Assembly: GCF_001194135.2 (NCBI RefSeq)
Contig: NC_068986.1
Coordinates: forward strand, 110,710,416-110,774,415
Direction of reading: 5' to 3'
DNA from: Octopus bimaculoides
Lineage: Eukaryota
DNA length: 64,000 bases
The notes under the pieces are model-generated. The model made no database searches, was not told the origin of the DNA, and was given only the letters and a program-made list of their open reading frames with translations. A program made the translations under genes and the position numbers. The number at the start of each line of letters is the position of its first letter. Positions within the stretch are counted from its first letter, which is position 1. This document shows, piece by piece, positions 52,677 through 64,000 of this stretch.

Positions 52677-52885
52677 CGAGCTGGCAGAATCGTTAGCACG
52701 CTGGACGAGGTGCTTTGCGATATTTTGCCCGTCTTTACGTTCTGAGTTCAAATTCCGCCAAGGTCAACTTTTCCTTTCATTTGTTCAGGGTTGATGCATT
52801 AAGTACCAGTTAATCACTTGGGTTGATGCAATCTTCATATCCAATCCTACAACTGGCTGCCTTTGTAGCAACAATTTTGAAACTA
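52677..52885 (+). mobile_element. SINE (GGTCGA-repeat family), near full length; more decayed copies lie at 52200-52560
   Basis: GCGAGCTGGCAGAATCGTTAGCACG...TTCTGAGTTCAAATTCCGCCAAGGTCAAC...AAGTACCAG. Confidence 0.8.
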
Positions 52886-53639
52886 ATATTATTTTTATTA
52901 ACATTTACAAATATATGTTCACCTTCATATGTATATAAATAGAAATATTAAATATATTTTCTTCAAAGATTAGCATATAAGGAGAAAAAAGTCTGTTTTA
53001 ATATTGACTTATTACGACTTGTTTTCTATTCTTAATTTTCCTACTTTTTTTTAGTTTGACAGCAAACTGCCGTCATTCAGAATGACGAAAACTACATTAA
53101 TGATTTTTGTCTATAAAGTTACATCTGATTTCTTAGATGTAACTCTGTTTTGTGTGTTGTTCAACCTTTACTGTTACCGTAATAATTATCTCTAGCGAAT
53201 GTTACCAAAGACATAACATCGATTGCTTGCATTATACTATTTATGGAATTCATAAAATACAACGTAACTGACAAAAGCAAATGCCCTTTCGTAGCTTGAG
53301 GCAATAATTCCTGAATATGACCATTATTACAATTCTCTCAGGAAACAGCATTTGCTTTTTTTTTTATTGTTTATTGAATAGCTGTAAGTCGGTGGAGCGG
53401 CAGAGATGCCAAGAGAACATTATTTCTGTTATTTGTAATATTTAAGTCAATGTTTCTGTTTCAAATTTTGCTGACGTCCTGTATATTTTAGCTTATCGTT
53501 GAAATTAGCTATTGCTAAAGTTTATCTCTTGAATTATGGTATGTGTTGTAATGAAAAATTACTGAAGCAGATGAAACAGGAAAAATATGTATACAAACAT
53601 GGAGTAAGTCAAGCATGACAACTGTATGCATACACAGGA

Positions 53640-56390
53640 ATGTTTATAGTTCTGCTGGGGATAACACAAGTCTGCACATTAACCACCAGTCCATGAAAGA
53701 CAAGCGCTAATCTATTTGCTAACACCTTGGCCAAAAGTTTGTAATCTGCATTTTGAAAAGTTACCGGCCGAAAGTTATGAACAATATCCTTCTTGTTCGA
53801 ATCCTGTCTCAGTTGCGTCACCACATCTCAGCTCACGGATCCGCGTATTCTCCCATGCTGCTGCCAGTTTTGGTTGACGTCTTCCAAAAGCTCAATAAAC
53901 CTGTCTGGCATATGTATATAAAGCTCCAAGAGCAGACCATCCAATCCCGGAGACTTCTCCCTCGTGCAGCCAGCCAACGCATCACTTTAGCTGTTATCTT
54001 TAAATAACGCATATTACGTTATCTAAAGATAGCGTTATCTTATAAAGGTAACGTTATCCTTAAAGATAACGCATCTTTAGCTTTTATCGCCGTTTCGCAG
54101 AACTCCACGTCCCTGACCAAAAGCCGCAGCATACCTCAAGGTAAGAAGTGAAGTTCACCTCCGCCTCTGGGTCACTATGCGTCCCTAACACTTCCCTAAA
54201 GTGCCGCTGAAATTCCGCACGAATCTGCTTCAAATCGTGTAGCATGCACCCGTTCCGACCCCTTAAAGACCGAATAGTAGTTTAAGGCCACGTTGCGCCT
54301 CGGCCACCCCGAACCCGTCGAACGGTTTTCTTTCCCTCCTACTTTAGAGTACGCGTCCTAATTATGTCAATGCAACTTTCATTCTTGATGTTGAAGAATT
54401 GCTTCAGAACGAATCTCGCTGTCAGAACGTCGGTCACTGTGCTTCCACGACGACTCCAAGCCACGCACATTTTGTACAACCTACTTTAAGAACCGCCATG
54501 CAGGTCAGGAAGTTAGAAAAGGAAAAAGGGAGTGTCACTTACCCTCCTGGTGTTCTTTGTGGTCGTGTGGTCGTGTGGTTCTTCCACCCTGTCTGTTCTG
54601 TTGGGTTCTTCTGGGAACCCCCTTAAAAGCCATCTGCTGGCCGTTACACTGAGAGATCCAGTATCATACGGGTAGCTCCACTTAATGCTCGTATAAGTCT
54701 CTAATTATTAGGCTCCCCGGTACTCTAAAAGTGTTGGGAATGAAGGTCACTCTGTTTCAATGTCCTCGTTTTGTGCTATGAGGGCCATTAGTCTTTCATT
54801 AGACCTCCTCACTAGCACGAAGTTCCGTTGCTGTGGGGATGGTCGCTTTTATTGTTGTAGTGACACTCTCCATTAAAAAGTTTGTTGTGAGTTATTTTAA
54901 CCATGTTGGTGACTGAGGGGTTTGTAATGTTGGTATCGTCATCGCTGCGTCTGTGTTGCTGTTGCTAGGATTTCTCCCTTTTTTCTGCGTCTCTTTTTTT
55001 TCCCGCCGTTCGGGCTTCCCCTCATCATCCATTGGATGCGTGGAAGAGTCTGTGTATTTATGTTTTGTCCTGGTTCTCTTGTTGCTGTTGCTCCTGCTAC
55101 TGTAGCTTGCACTTGTGCTGCCGGTGCTACTCCCACTGCCACCTCTACTTTAACACCTGCTTGATTTGTCTCTTTGGGTTCAATTTCTCTTACTATACCC
55201 CTGCCTTTCTGTTGTTGTTCTTGTTGTTTTGTCGCTCCTGGGTTGTAGTGCTTTCGTTCGGACGTTTCCTTCTACCTTTCTATTCTTGTCCTGTGGGAGG
55301 TGAAGCCGTAAGTGGCTCGTTGAAACACTTGCGGCACTTCGAGCTTCTGTCCTCCACGTTCACCCTTAGTTCTACTCGATTAGAAAGGAAAATCAGGTGT
55401 ATGTCTTTCTGTAACTGCTTTGCCTTCACGTGGAGATGAATCCCCCAAGGTAGTCCCAACCCAATTCTACCTCCTTGGTCTCTTAACATCCAGGAGATTC
55501 TCCACACCGTCCGTACGAATACAGGCGTGAATCCACCATAAATCCAAGCCTGGTGGGACTCCAGGTAAAATAATCTGTACCGCCCTTCTTATCATGTACG
55601 TTGGAAAGAGGGCGATTTTCGTGATGTGACGCGTGATCCCCGAGTTCTATATTGCATGCTCCTCGGACTTAAAAACCACCTATTCACACCACCCTACTGT
55701 CTCGCTCTCGCAATGTGGCGGATATCCTTCCACATGTCTTTCAAAGCTTTTTTCACCTGGTCGTGTTTAGCATTTTCGAGTTTTCTTGTCTTTGTGCTCA
55801 AGCACATGTAGACAACAGTCCGTTTGGGTGTTGCTTCTAGCACGTCGCTTGGAGGCGTTAATTCCGTGCATCTTCGATTTATTTTCATATATGCTGCATT
55901 GTTTAGTTTTTTTTCCATTTTTTCTCCAATTGGATGTTAACCAATTCCTTAGCCGCCGTGATATTTGCAAAGTTTTCTTTCCCAACACTGACTACATTTT
56001 TGCCAATCTTTGTCGCAGTTGCTTTCATTATCGTTTGGCGTGATACTACGATTTCTATGTAGCGAGGAGGACTTTACTCCTTCCTTTCTCTCGCTTTCTT
56101 TCTGATTATTCTCTACTTTCTTCTTTTCTTCACACTTCTTTTTTTCCTGCTCACTACTTGTGGGCAGGACGGGGAAGTCCTCGTGCAAATTGCCGTACCC
56201 GCTTCTTTCCTCACTCTCGCTTTTCGTCGCCATCTTCAATATTTACTTTCTCCGAAGCAAATTTACAAAGACATTTGAAAACACAAAGGTTTGTATCACC
56301 CACACAATTGATCTTTCTGATTTGGCGGGCGCCACTTGTTTTCTTAACGAAACACTTTCAAACTTGGGACACTGGTAGAATGTGTCATAT
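53640..56390 (-). mobile_element. L1/Tx1-type LINE: 5' UTR, ORF1, ORF2 start, large endonuclease deletion, linker and RT N-terminus; 3'-truncated
   Basis: ORF1 from MATKSESEE (about 56233), with VVFKSEEHA...PTYM..RAV.I.LPGVPPG..LWWI and LRVNVEDR..KCRKC. ORF2 ATG at 54499 gives MAVLKVGC-NVRGL (54457-54471). Then KQIRAEFQRHF, REKSPGLDG and NFRPVTFQNADYKLLAKVLANRL...QTCVIPSRTI. Confidence 0.85.
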
Positions 56391-56394
56391 AAAA

Positions 56395-56732
56395 CATCTA
56401 TTACTCTTAGTGTTATTGAGAAAAGTTTATCTTTTTAAAGTTATTTCGTGTTAAAATTGTCATATTTCGGTAATTTTAACCAATCAATGACGTCTATTGA
56501 GGTGAAAACAATTACTGCTGTGGAATGTAAACAAGACGTTCTAGCGGTGTAATGGGATCTTTTCCCTTGAATAAAATTTGTGCCGTTGTTTGTCAACAAC
56601 AACTGTCGGCGGTACTGCTATTTATGACATCGTTCGTGCGTTTGTACTGGTTTTAGATTTAGGGTTTTAGCTGTTAGGGTTCGGGTTTTAGGGTTAGTGT
56701 TATGAGTATTTTTGCCAACCCCTAACCCTAAC
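56395..56732. repeat. Interspersed repeat carrying degenerate TTAGGG/CCCTAA units
   Basis: TTAGGG at 56659, 56674 and 56688, TTCGGG at 56680, CCCTAA at 56719 and 56725. Confidence 0.5.
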
Positions 56733-58739
56733 ATCATGTATGATAATCGACATAGTCTCCTGATGACAACAAGATCAAAGAGAAAGATGAAAAAACAAAC
56801 GATGACGATTTGAAGTGAGAAATACAAAGCTTGTGTTCAATGAAGAGAGTAGACGTGATAGCAATAGTAATTGGTGCACTTGGAAGTATTAGCACTCGAC
56901 TACCAACATGGCCCTAAACGATTACGATTCTTGAAGCATGTCTAGTAAACGAATCTCATTTTAGGTTGCTGGCTGTGGACAGCTGACACTTACTCTCATA
57001 CCCAGCAAAATAAGCTGTGAGATTTAGTCAAATAATAATAATAATAATAATAATAATAGTAATCACTCTCCTCCTCATTTCATTCCGTTCATTAATTATT
57101 CTAAATAATTCATTTATTTTTCTGGGAAAAATTTAATTACCAATCTTCTTAGTCATTTTCATTATTTCTAATCAGTCTAAAAGCTATTTATGAGTTCTCT
57201 CGCAGACTGACGACTACCTACCATTGTAGTTTCCTTCATAACGAGGACAGTGTTGCAATTATTCAGTCTTGGTTCATTTAATCATTTGGAAATTAACCCC
57301 GCCGCCCCATTTCCATGTGAATCGCTGATTAATATTGATGTTACGCTGCCATGACCGGATTCAGCCAACGAAATGATTGCTTTGTTCCCTCACCTTGAAT
57401 TTTAGAACAACAGTAGTAGTTTTAGTAGACCCCCCCCCACACACAATTAAGGGTAGGCAATTGAAAGTAGCATTAGATTAAAACATCGAAACATTATCAT
57501 ATTTAATATGTATGCACCTTTGACAGGAATCTTCTGCTGCATTGAGATCAGATATCTGCTGTGGACGTGCTGTATTTGAAGCATGATATATATGGGAGGC
57601 AGACACAAATTTGTCCCAGCAGCGACTAACGAGAACGCCAGATGCACAAGTGCATTTTGGCCCGGTTGGTCTTCGATAATGGCGTGTACTTCCAACCAGA
57701 CGCATGGGCAACGAGATACATTGCCTCCGATATAGCAAACAGTGAATATAAAATTTACTGTTATTGCGAGTATCTGCCCAGCGGAAACAAGAGTTCGGCG
57801 TACTCTGTTGATTTAGTATCAAATTCAGAGCAGCCTCTATTTATCAAACTTAATACTTATCCAACGTTGATAGGAAAATTACTGCTGCGTTAACCAATTG
57901 TCAAAGTGCCGCATAGATTGTTGCGTGATATTCGTTCCACATATGCGTAATGAGTTCAAATCACGAAGATTTTAACATTGCATTTTATCATCTTGCCACT
58001 GATAAAGTATGAATCAAGCTTTAATGAACTACCCTTCACTGACCCCTCTTAAACGGGATGGTGCCCTAACGTCCCAGTGTGGAGATGAGGGCCATTTCAC
58101 CCTTTTCCCGCACACACATAAACGTGTAAATATAAGAGAATGTTTAAGTATTAATAGATACGTGTATGAGAAAGAGGAGGAAGCTTTATTGATAATGACA
58201 GAGAGAAACAGAGACTTGGTACAACGTGAGAAACATGGTCGAACGGAAGTCACCATTCTTGTACATAAATACATATGAGGATTTTATCACATGCAATATT
58301 AATGATTGAATCATTATTGTAAATGTGATAAATGTTTCTGTGTACACCGAAAACAGCAATGATATCCCATATGAATATTGAGTTGTATCAACCGATTCAC
58401 GCTTGCAATGGTTACAGCAGAACACTTACGTAAAACTACTCTGGAACATTCAAATATACACACACAAAAACTAATTATACACACTAACACAGTCACACAT
58501 ACTCACATACTCAGAAGCACTCGCACACATATATGTAGAAAATTTCTATCTATATAAGTTTTTTTCTCTCTCACTATCTATCTATCTATCTATCTATCTG
58601 TCTATCTGTATGTGTTCATGTACTATAAATGTTGTAAACCATGAAATGTATTGCCATATAATCCACTCTGCGCGTATTACATTCACACATACACACGCAT
58701 ATATATACATATGCACGCACATACATACACACATATATG

Positions 58740-58777
<38 letters not shown>

Positions 58778-59450
58778 CATGCATATATATATATAAGTGC
58801 ATGTATGTGTATATGTGAAGACAGATACATGCACACGTAATCTATGAGTATAGATGCTGCACACCTATAAGGATATATCTACCTATATATGTGTGAAGAT
58901 ACGCACTGTTATGTAGGACAAACATAAATCTGAGGTAGACAGACATTGGTGCACCAAATGTGTATATACACGCATGATTAAGCTTGTATATATATAATTA
59001 GAGTTGATAGCATTTGTAAAGAATGGAGAGTAATGAATACCAATGTTGGGAATTACAAAAAAAAAAGGGAAAAATTCATTTGCGAGCCATGATGTAACAA
59101 ATATTCATTGAACTGGTGTATGATTTTGGCACCGGGAATATTTGCATATACACACAAAACACACGGAGACTTGTATAGCTATGAATATAATATATATGAC
59201 TCATATGTCAATGATCGGATACTTACGTGAATATGTATACATCCCTGCTTATATGTGTGTGCGTGTTTGTGTGTGTATGTATTTCTGTGTTGTGTGTTAT
59301 CGGGGATAATTCGAGAATGGCTGGTTTAGCTCTACTCATAATAACACTTATAAATATTTTAAACTCGCGTATAGTCACCTTCCTATTTCAGTAATGTGAA
59401 AGATATGCATGCATATACAAAGGCATGCACTCAGAAAAACATTACACACA

Positions 59451-59532
<82 letters not shown>

Positions 59533-61329
59533 TATATATATGTATATATATGTATACATATATATGTATACACGTCTATCTGTCTCTCTATCTATCTACA
59601 CATTCTCTCTCTCTCTCACACACAGACACACGTATATATCTTAGTAACACAGGGGGTACATGTTAAAATTATCTTAGCGAAATATATACTTATTGAGATT
59701 GTACAAATGTACAAGCAGAATATTAGTGGCGGATGCAATGACTTCTGTCTATGAGAAGACAAAGAGATAAATGATCTTCGAATAGAGCAGGAAATGTAAA
59801 TTCTTCAGTGATTCTTTATTTCAGCAACTGTAGTTCATTTCAAAGCTGTTACTTATTGTTCGTAGTGTGATAATACCCACTTTGATCTGCTGAAATCTGT
59901 GTTTATCACCGCTCTTTTATCAACACTTGAAATTCAGTAGACGTCGAAATGTACTCCTTGCATTTAGTAAGTCCTCATTAACAGTTCGGTAAAATGTCGC
60001 TGACGAACAGCACACATAGGAATATGCCAGCGGACAACATGCATCAAAGCACCAGTATTCGCTTCGTTATTGTAAGTTGCGTTCTACAGACACGTTATTG
60101 AATGCACCATGTTTTTTTACTCTACCCGTTGAGAAAGTTTTCAATCACGTGTGTGCTGTGACGATTTTCTATGAGTCTCTTCTAATGAAAAAGCTATCTT
60201 CTTTTCTAACTTGTCGTTCTTTATCGTTACAGCATTGCTAGAGCCACTAGAATATCTGAATACGTTGCTTTTATTGAATTCATCACATGTTACTACTAAG
60301 GGCAACTTTCGCATCCCGTTTCACGAGTCCGTTAATACGTTCTATATTATTTACAATTGCCAAGGAACATACCATCCGTTTCCGTTACCCAATTCCTAGA
60401 CCTCCACCCGGGTTTAATTTAACTGCGCACGAAACATCTGATATCCAAATTGCCAACAAGTCTACAGAAGAAACTTTGTGCTAAAGAGTAAACAGAATGA
60501 GTAAAATGTGAAGTGCGAAAACGAAGAAGCATCCATCAAGGAAATTGTTGTTTCGTAAAACTTCGCTTGCGACATCAAAACTCTTTTTTAAAACCTCGAA
60601 GCGCTCGAGGAACTAAAGAAAATATGTAATTAAATCAATAATTTCTATTAGGTGAAATAATTCGTTCGATAATTCTCGATGACATTGTTCTTTAAATCAA
60701 AGACAATTTTGTTGTTAATTATAATGCTAATGTTATTGAAAGCAGTTTGTTTCTTCCACATTTCCTAATACTTATCCTTCTGTCTCCACTATCCATTCAG
60801 GAAAATAGGAGGGTCACGCAGAGGTTTTAACAATTGCAATATAATACAGATAATAAATTAAGTTACTATTTTCTCTCCATATTTATCTTTGTGCCAGATA
60901 TTATGCCAACGGAATTATTCTCATCGTTAGAATCTAAAAATAATGAAGGAAACATTGCTGTAATGTTATTTAAACAAGCAGAATGATATAACGAGAAAGA
61001 AATGTGCAAGTCCTTAAATCAAAATAACAAGACAAAGATTCCACTTACAATGAGTGGGATCAGAAGTGAATATTTAGAAGCTAGAAAGCTCACCCCAACT
61101 GCACATATCACTGCAGCGCTTTACTAAATCTCGTGACATAACAATGAAGTGATTCAACCATATGATTGAAATATTAAAAAATCAAAAGTAACCCTTTACT
61201 CACGTAGATGATATATAAAGATCAATATTTAAAGAAAGAAATATGAAGAAAAAGAAAACATATCAAAGAAATAAACTTAATATAGTGAACAATTTAATAG
61301 AAATCACGTTAACATTAAGCAAGGGAGTT

Positions 61330-61530
61330 AACACTGCCAAAGACAAGTAGAATGGCTGGATGGGGATGAAATTAGTCGATTACATCAACCTGTTTTTTTG
61401 TTGTTTTTATGGAACGCGACACGATGGGAGACAATGAAGGTCTCCACGAGATTTGAATTCAGTAAACAGACGGGTGAAATACTGCAACGCTTTTTGACTG
61501 CCGCGCTGATCCCTCTGGCAGATCTCGCAC
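61330..61530 (-). mobile_element. Decayed SINE (GGTCGA-repeat family)
   Basis: The reverse complement gives GCGAGATCTGCCAGAGGGATCAGC...CCGTCTGTTTACTGAATTCAAATCTC...TCGACTAATTTC. Similar copies lie at 62700-62800 (+) and 63080-63270 (-). Confidence 0.5.
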
Positions 61531-63597
61531 CTTAAGTGATTCATAAATTAGACACAGGTAAGCAGCATTGAGGAGAACACGTTTGACGAGAACATCGAAT
61601 TCACTTCTTCACTCATCTTTCATTTTTTCATTACCGGACAAGTGTGCGGCAAAGCTAACCTTAGCGGGATTTGATCATAGAAGTTAAAAACCTGGAAGAA
61701 ATACCGCATCTCTAACGATTCATTTCGCAATAATAATTATCGTATATTAATGATCATTAATTATTATCCTAGCACTCTCATAAAATATTTGTTCACCTTT
61801 GGCATTTCCATCTATATTTTCCTTTATCTAATTCTTCTTTTTTTTTTTAGAAAGGAATCTATTGATGTATTTTTCAAACACAAATAAAAAACAAATGTAA
61901 TAAGAATGATTTGTAAATATTTTACGGCATTCTCACTTGTCAGTTGCTATCTTTATTCATTTTTACACATTTCTAAGATAGTCAATAATAATAATAATAA
62001 TAATAACAACAATAATAATAATAACAATAATTGTGTGTGTGTTTGTGTATATGTAAGGAAATGTTGGATGTATTTCTGAAATCACGAAAAAATTTGCAGT
62101 AATAATAATAATAAGGAAATTAATTTATACTTCAACTTATTAAAATATTTAATCTGTTCTTTGATGTCAATTATTTTATTGGAATGTTTGCACTGTTTTT
62201 CTCACCCGGTTATAATATATATTTATATGTAGTTCCAATGTTAATTGCAGGTTTTAATTCATTAGTTTAATGTTAATACTAAAATGTTTCCTTTCGAATT
62301 TAATTAAAAAAAGAAAAAAGAAACGAAAAAACAGTTTGTTTTAATATTGATTTCACTGCCGTTGTTGCTTCTGCTGATAATAATGTTACTGTTTGCGCTC
62401 TTTTAATTTATTATTATATTTTGTTAGTTGTAAATAATAATTTTTTTAATTATTTAATTAGTCATATTTGTTTTACGGTAATGTTTATTTCTAATTTTCT
62501 CCTTCTAGATCCTCTTTCGTTTCTGTTTCTCTCATTATTTTATTATTTCCGCTATTAATTTATACTTCTTGATGTAATTGTGGAGCAAGAGTTCTTATTA
62601 ATAGCAATAATATTATTTTTTCAATTTTAATCATCATAATTACCATCAAAAGTTCAGTGCATGATAAAATTCTATGCACTGTAATTAATTCGTATTTAAA
62701 AAAAAAATTTCAGTTCAAATCCTGCTGGAGTCGTTTTTGACTTTTAAAACTTCAAAGTCATCAAAATAGGTACCAGTAATTTATTGGATTGTTTTTATGC
62801 AATTGACTTCAACCATTTTTTTTAACGCTCACAATAATTTCTATAAGTAGTCTATCGAAATTGTAGAGCGTATGAATATTTACCGATGTATAGAAGTCCA
62901 TAATTTGGGGTTCAAAACCTATTAAAATCGACTTCACATTTCATCGACTTGCATCAATATATGTACCAATCATAAACAATCCCAATCTTGCATGAATTTT
63001 CTGTCCATGTGTTTAATTTTGAAAATATATTTATCAGCAAATGCGTGGGATCATTAATAATGCATCAAAATGTTGACACACGGCCATCATTGCTGGGGCA
63101 AATAGGACGTTGGTTAAATTGACCCCACTAATACCTGTATTATTGACCCTGAAAGGAGGATAAAAGGCAAAAATTGACATCGGTGGTATTTGAACTCGGA
63201 AGTCAATGCCGGAATAAGCGACACTAAGAAATTTTCCGCTTGTTAACTATTCCTCCAGATCGTTGCCTTCGTAAAATCTGTAAACTAGTTGTGTAAAATT
63301 AGTTAGTTTTATAATTATTTACGTTACTGTTTGTTTTCAAATGCCATCGAATCCAGTTTCGCCTCTTATCTTTCCCATAGCCATAAACGAAGAATAAGTG
63401 GGTTTGAGGGCATGAAATGATATCCATTGCAGCAAAGCTAAGTGCTTTGGTTAAATACTTTAATTATAAATGTTAATAAGCAAACAAATGTTGTAGCAAG
63501 GAATGTGCAGTTGAGTATAGGAATTTAAGATTATCTGAATGAAGTCATTCAGTTTCTATAATGATATCAATTGAAACATAAGTGACATTTTACCGTT

Positions 63598-63850
63598 GGA
63601 ATATATATAGATAAACGAGGTCGATAAAGTACCAGTTGCGTACTGGGGTTGATCTAATCGACTGACCCTCTCCCTTCCCAAAAAATTCGGGTCTTGTGCC
63701 TAGAGTAGAAAAGGAATATATATAGATAAACGGGGTCGATAAATTAAGTAGCAGTTGCGTACTGGGGTCGATTTAATCGACTGACCCCCACCCCCAAAAA
63801 AAATTTTCGGGACTTATGCCGAGATTAGAAAAGAAATATATTTAGATAAA
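63598..63850 (+). repeat. Tandem duplication (115 and 120 bp) of a SINE 3' half
   Basis: The junction motif GAATATATATAGATAAA recurs at 63599, 63714 and, as a variant, near 63833. Each unit has GGTCGATAAA..AGTTGCGTACTGGGG..AATCGACTGACC..TTCGGG..AGAAAAG. Confidence 0.9.
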
Positions 63851-64000
63851 TTCTTAATGTTCAGTATTTCATACAGTTGCACATTATCGAAACCGTTCAT
63901 ACTAATAAAGGTCGGGTCACTTATATAACGACAGAGGTCCATTGATATTTTATTGGATAACTAAATAACACTTGTGTCTTATATTTGGGGAATACAAGAA

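Noticed and set aside
31-59754. Many ORFs rich in YI/HT/CV dipeptides, poly-I/L/H/V, or X runs
   Set aside because: They are translations of (TA)n, (CA)n and trinucleotide microsatellites and N gaps. They have no domain content.
32360-60010. Other CTGANGA heptamers (about 32365, 37993, 56760, 57207, 59999; minus strand about 6815 and 8673)
   Set aside because: Each lacks a properly closed stem II followed by GAAA, or lacks stem I/III pairing.

Overview
AT-rich animal genomic DNA, most likely an octopus-type cephalopod. This is inferred from the SINE families, the mariner transposase and the microsatellite load. The window has seven N gaps (832-1085, 2237-2820, 15536-16079, 20485-20637, 32611-32686, 35256-35303, 44006-44015), nearly all next to (TA)n/(CA)n runs. 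I found no host protein-coding exon, rRNA, tRNA gene or CRISPR array that I can support. Most ORFs in the track are microsatellite, gap or antisense artefacts. The window is a transposon graveyard. It holds many tRNA-derived SINEs of three or more families, a frame-intact but nonsense-riddled DD34D mariner, an internally deleted maT-like Tc1/mariner, and three decayed L1/Tx1-type LINEs with CCHC ORF1. It also holds CR1-like and RTE-like 3' fragments, a Helitron/Helentron coding fragment with an OTU protease domain, and a Helentron-like non-autonomous element. The strongest hidden signals are two minimal type I hammerhead ribozyme motifs with palindromic stem III (1259-1333, with a fully canonical core, and 45824-45868), typical of Penelope-like elements and retrozymes. 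There are also templated-insertion or fold-back scars (18742-18783, 53976-54088) and several unexplained hairpin or repeat structures. These belong to known classes, and I cannot show a wholly new system from the sequence alone.
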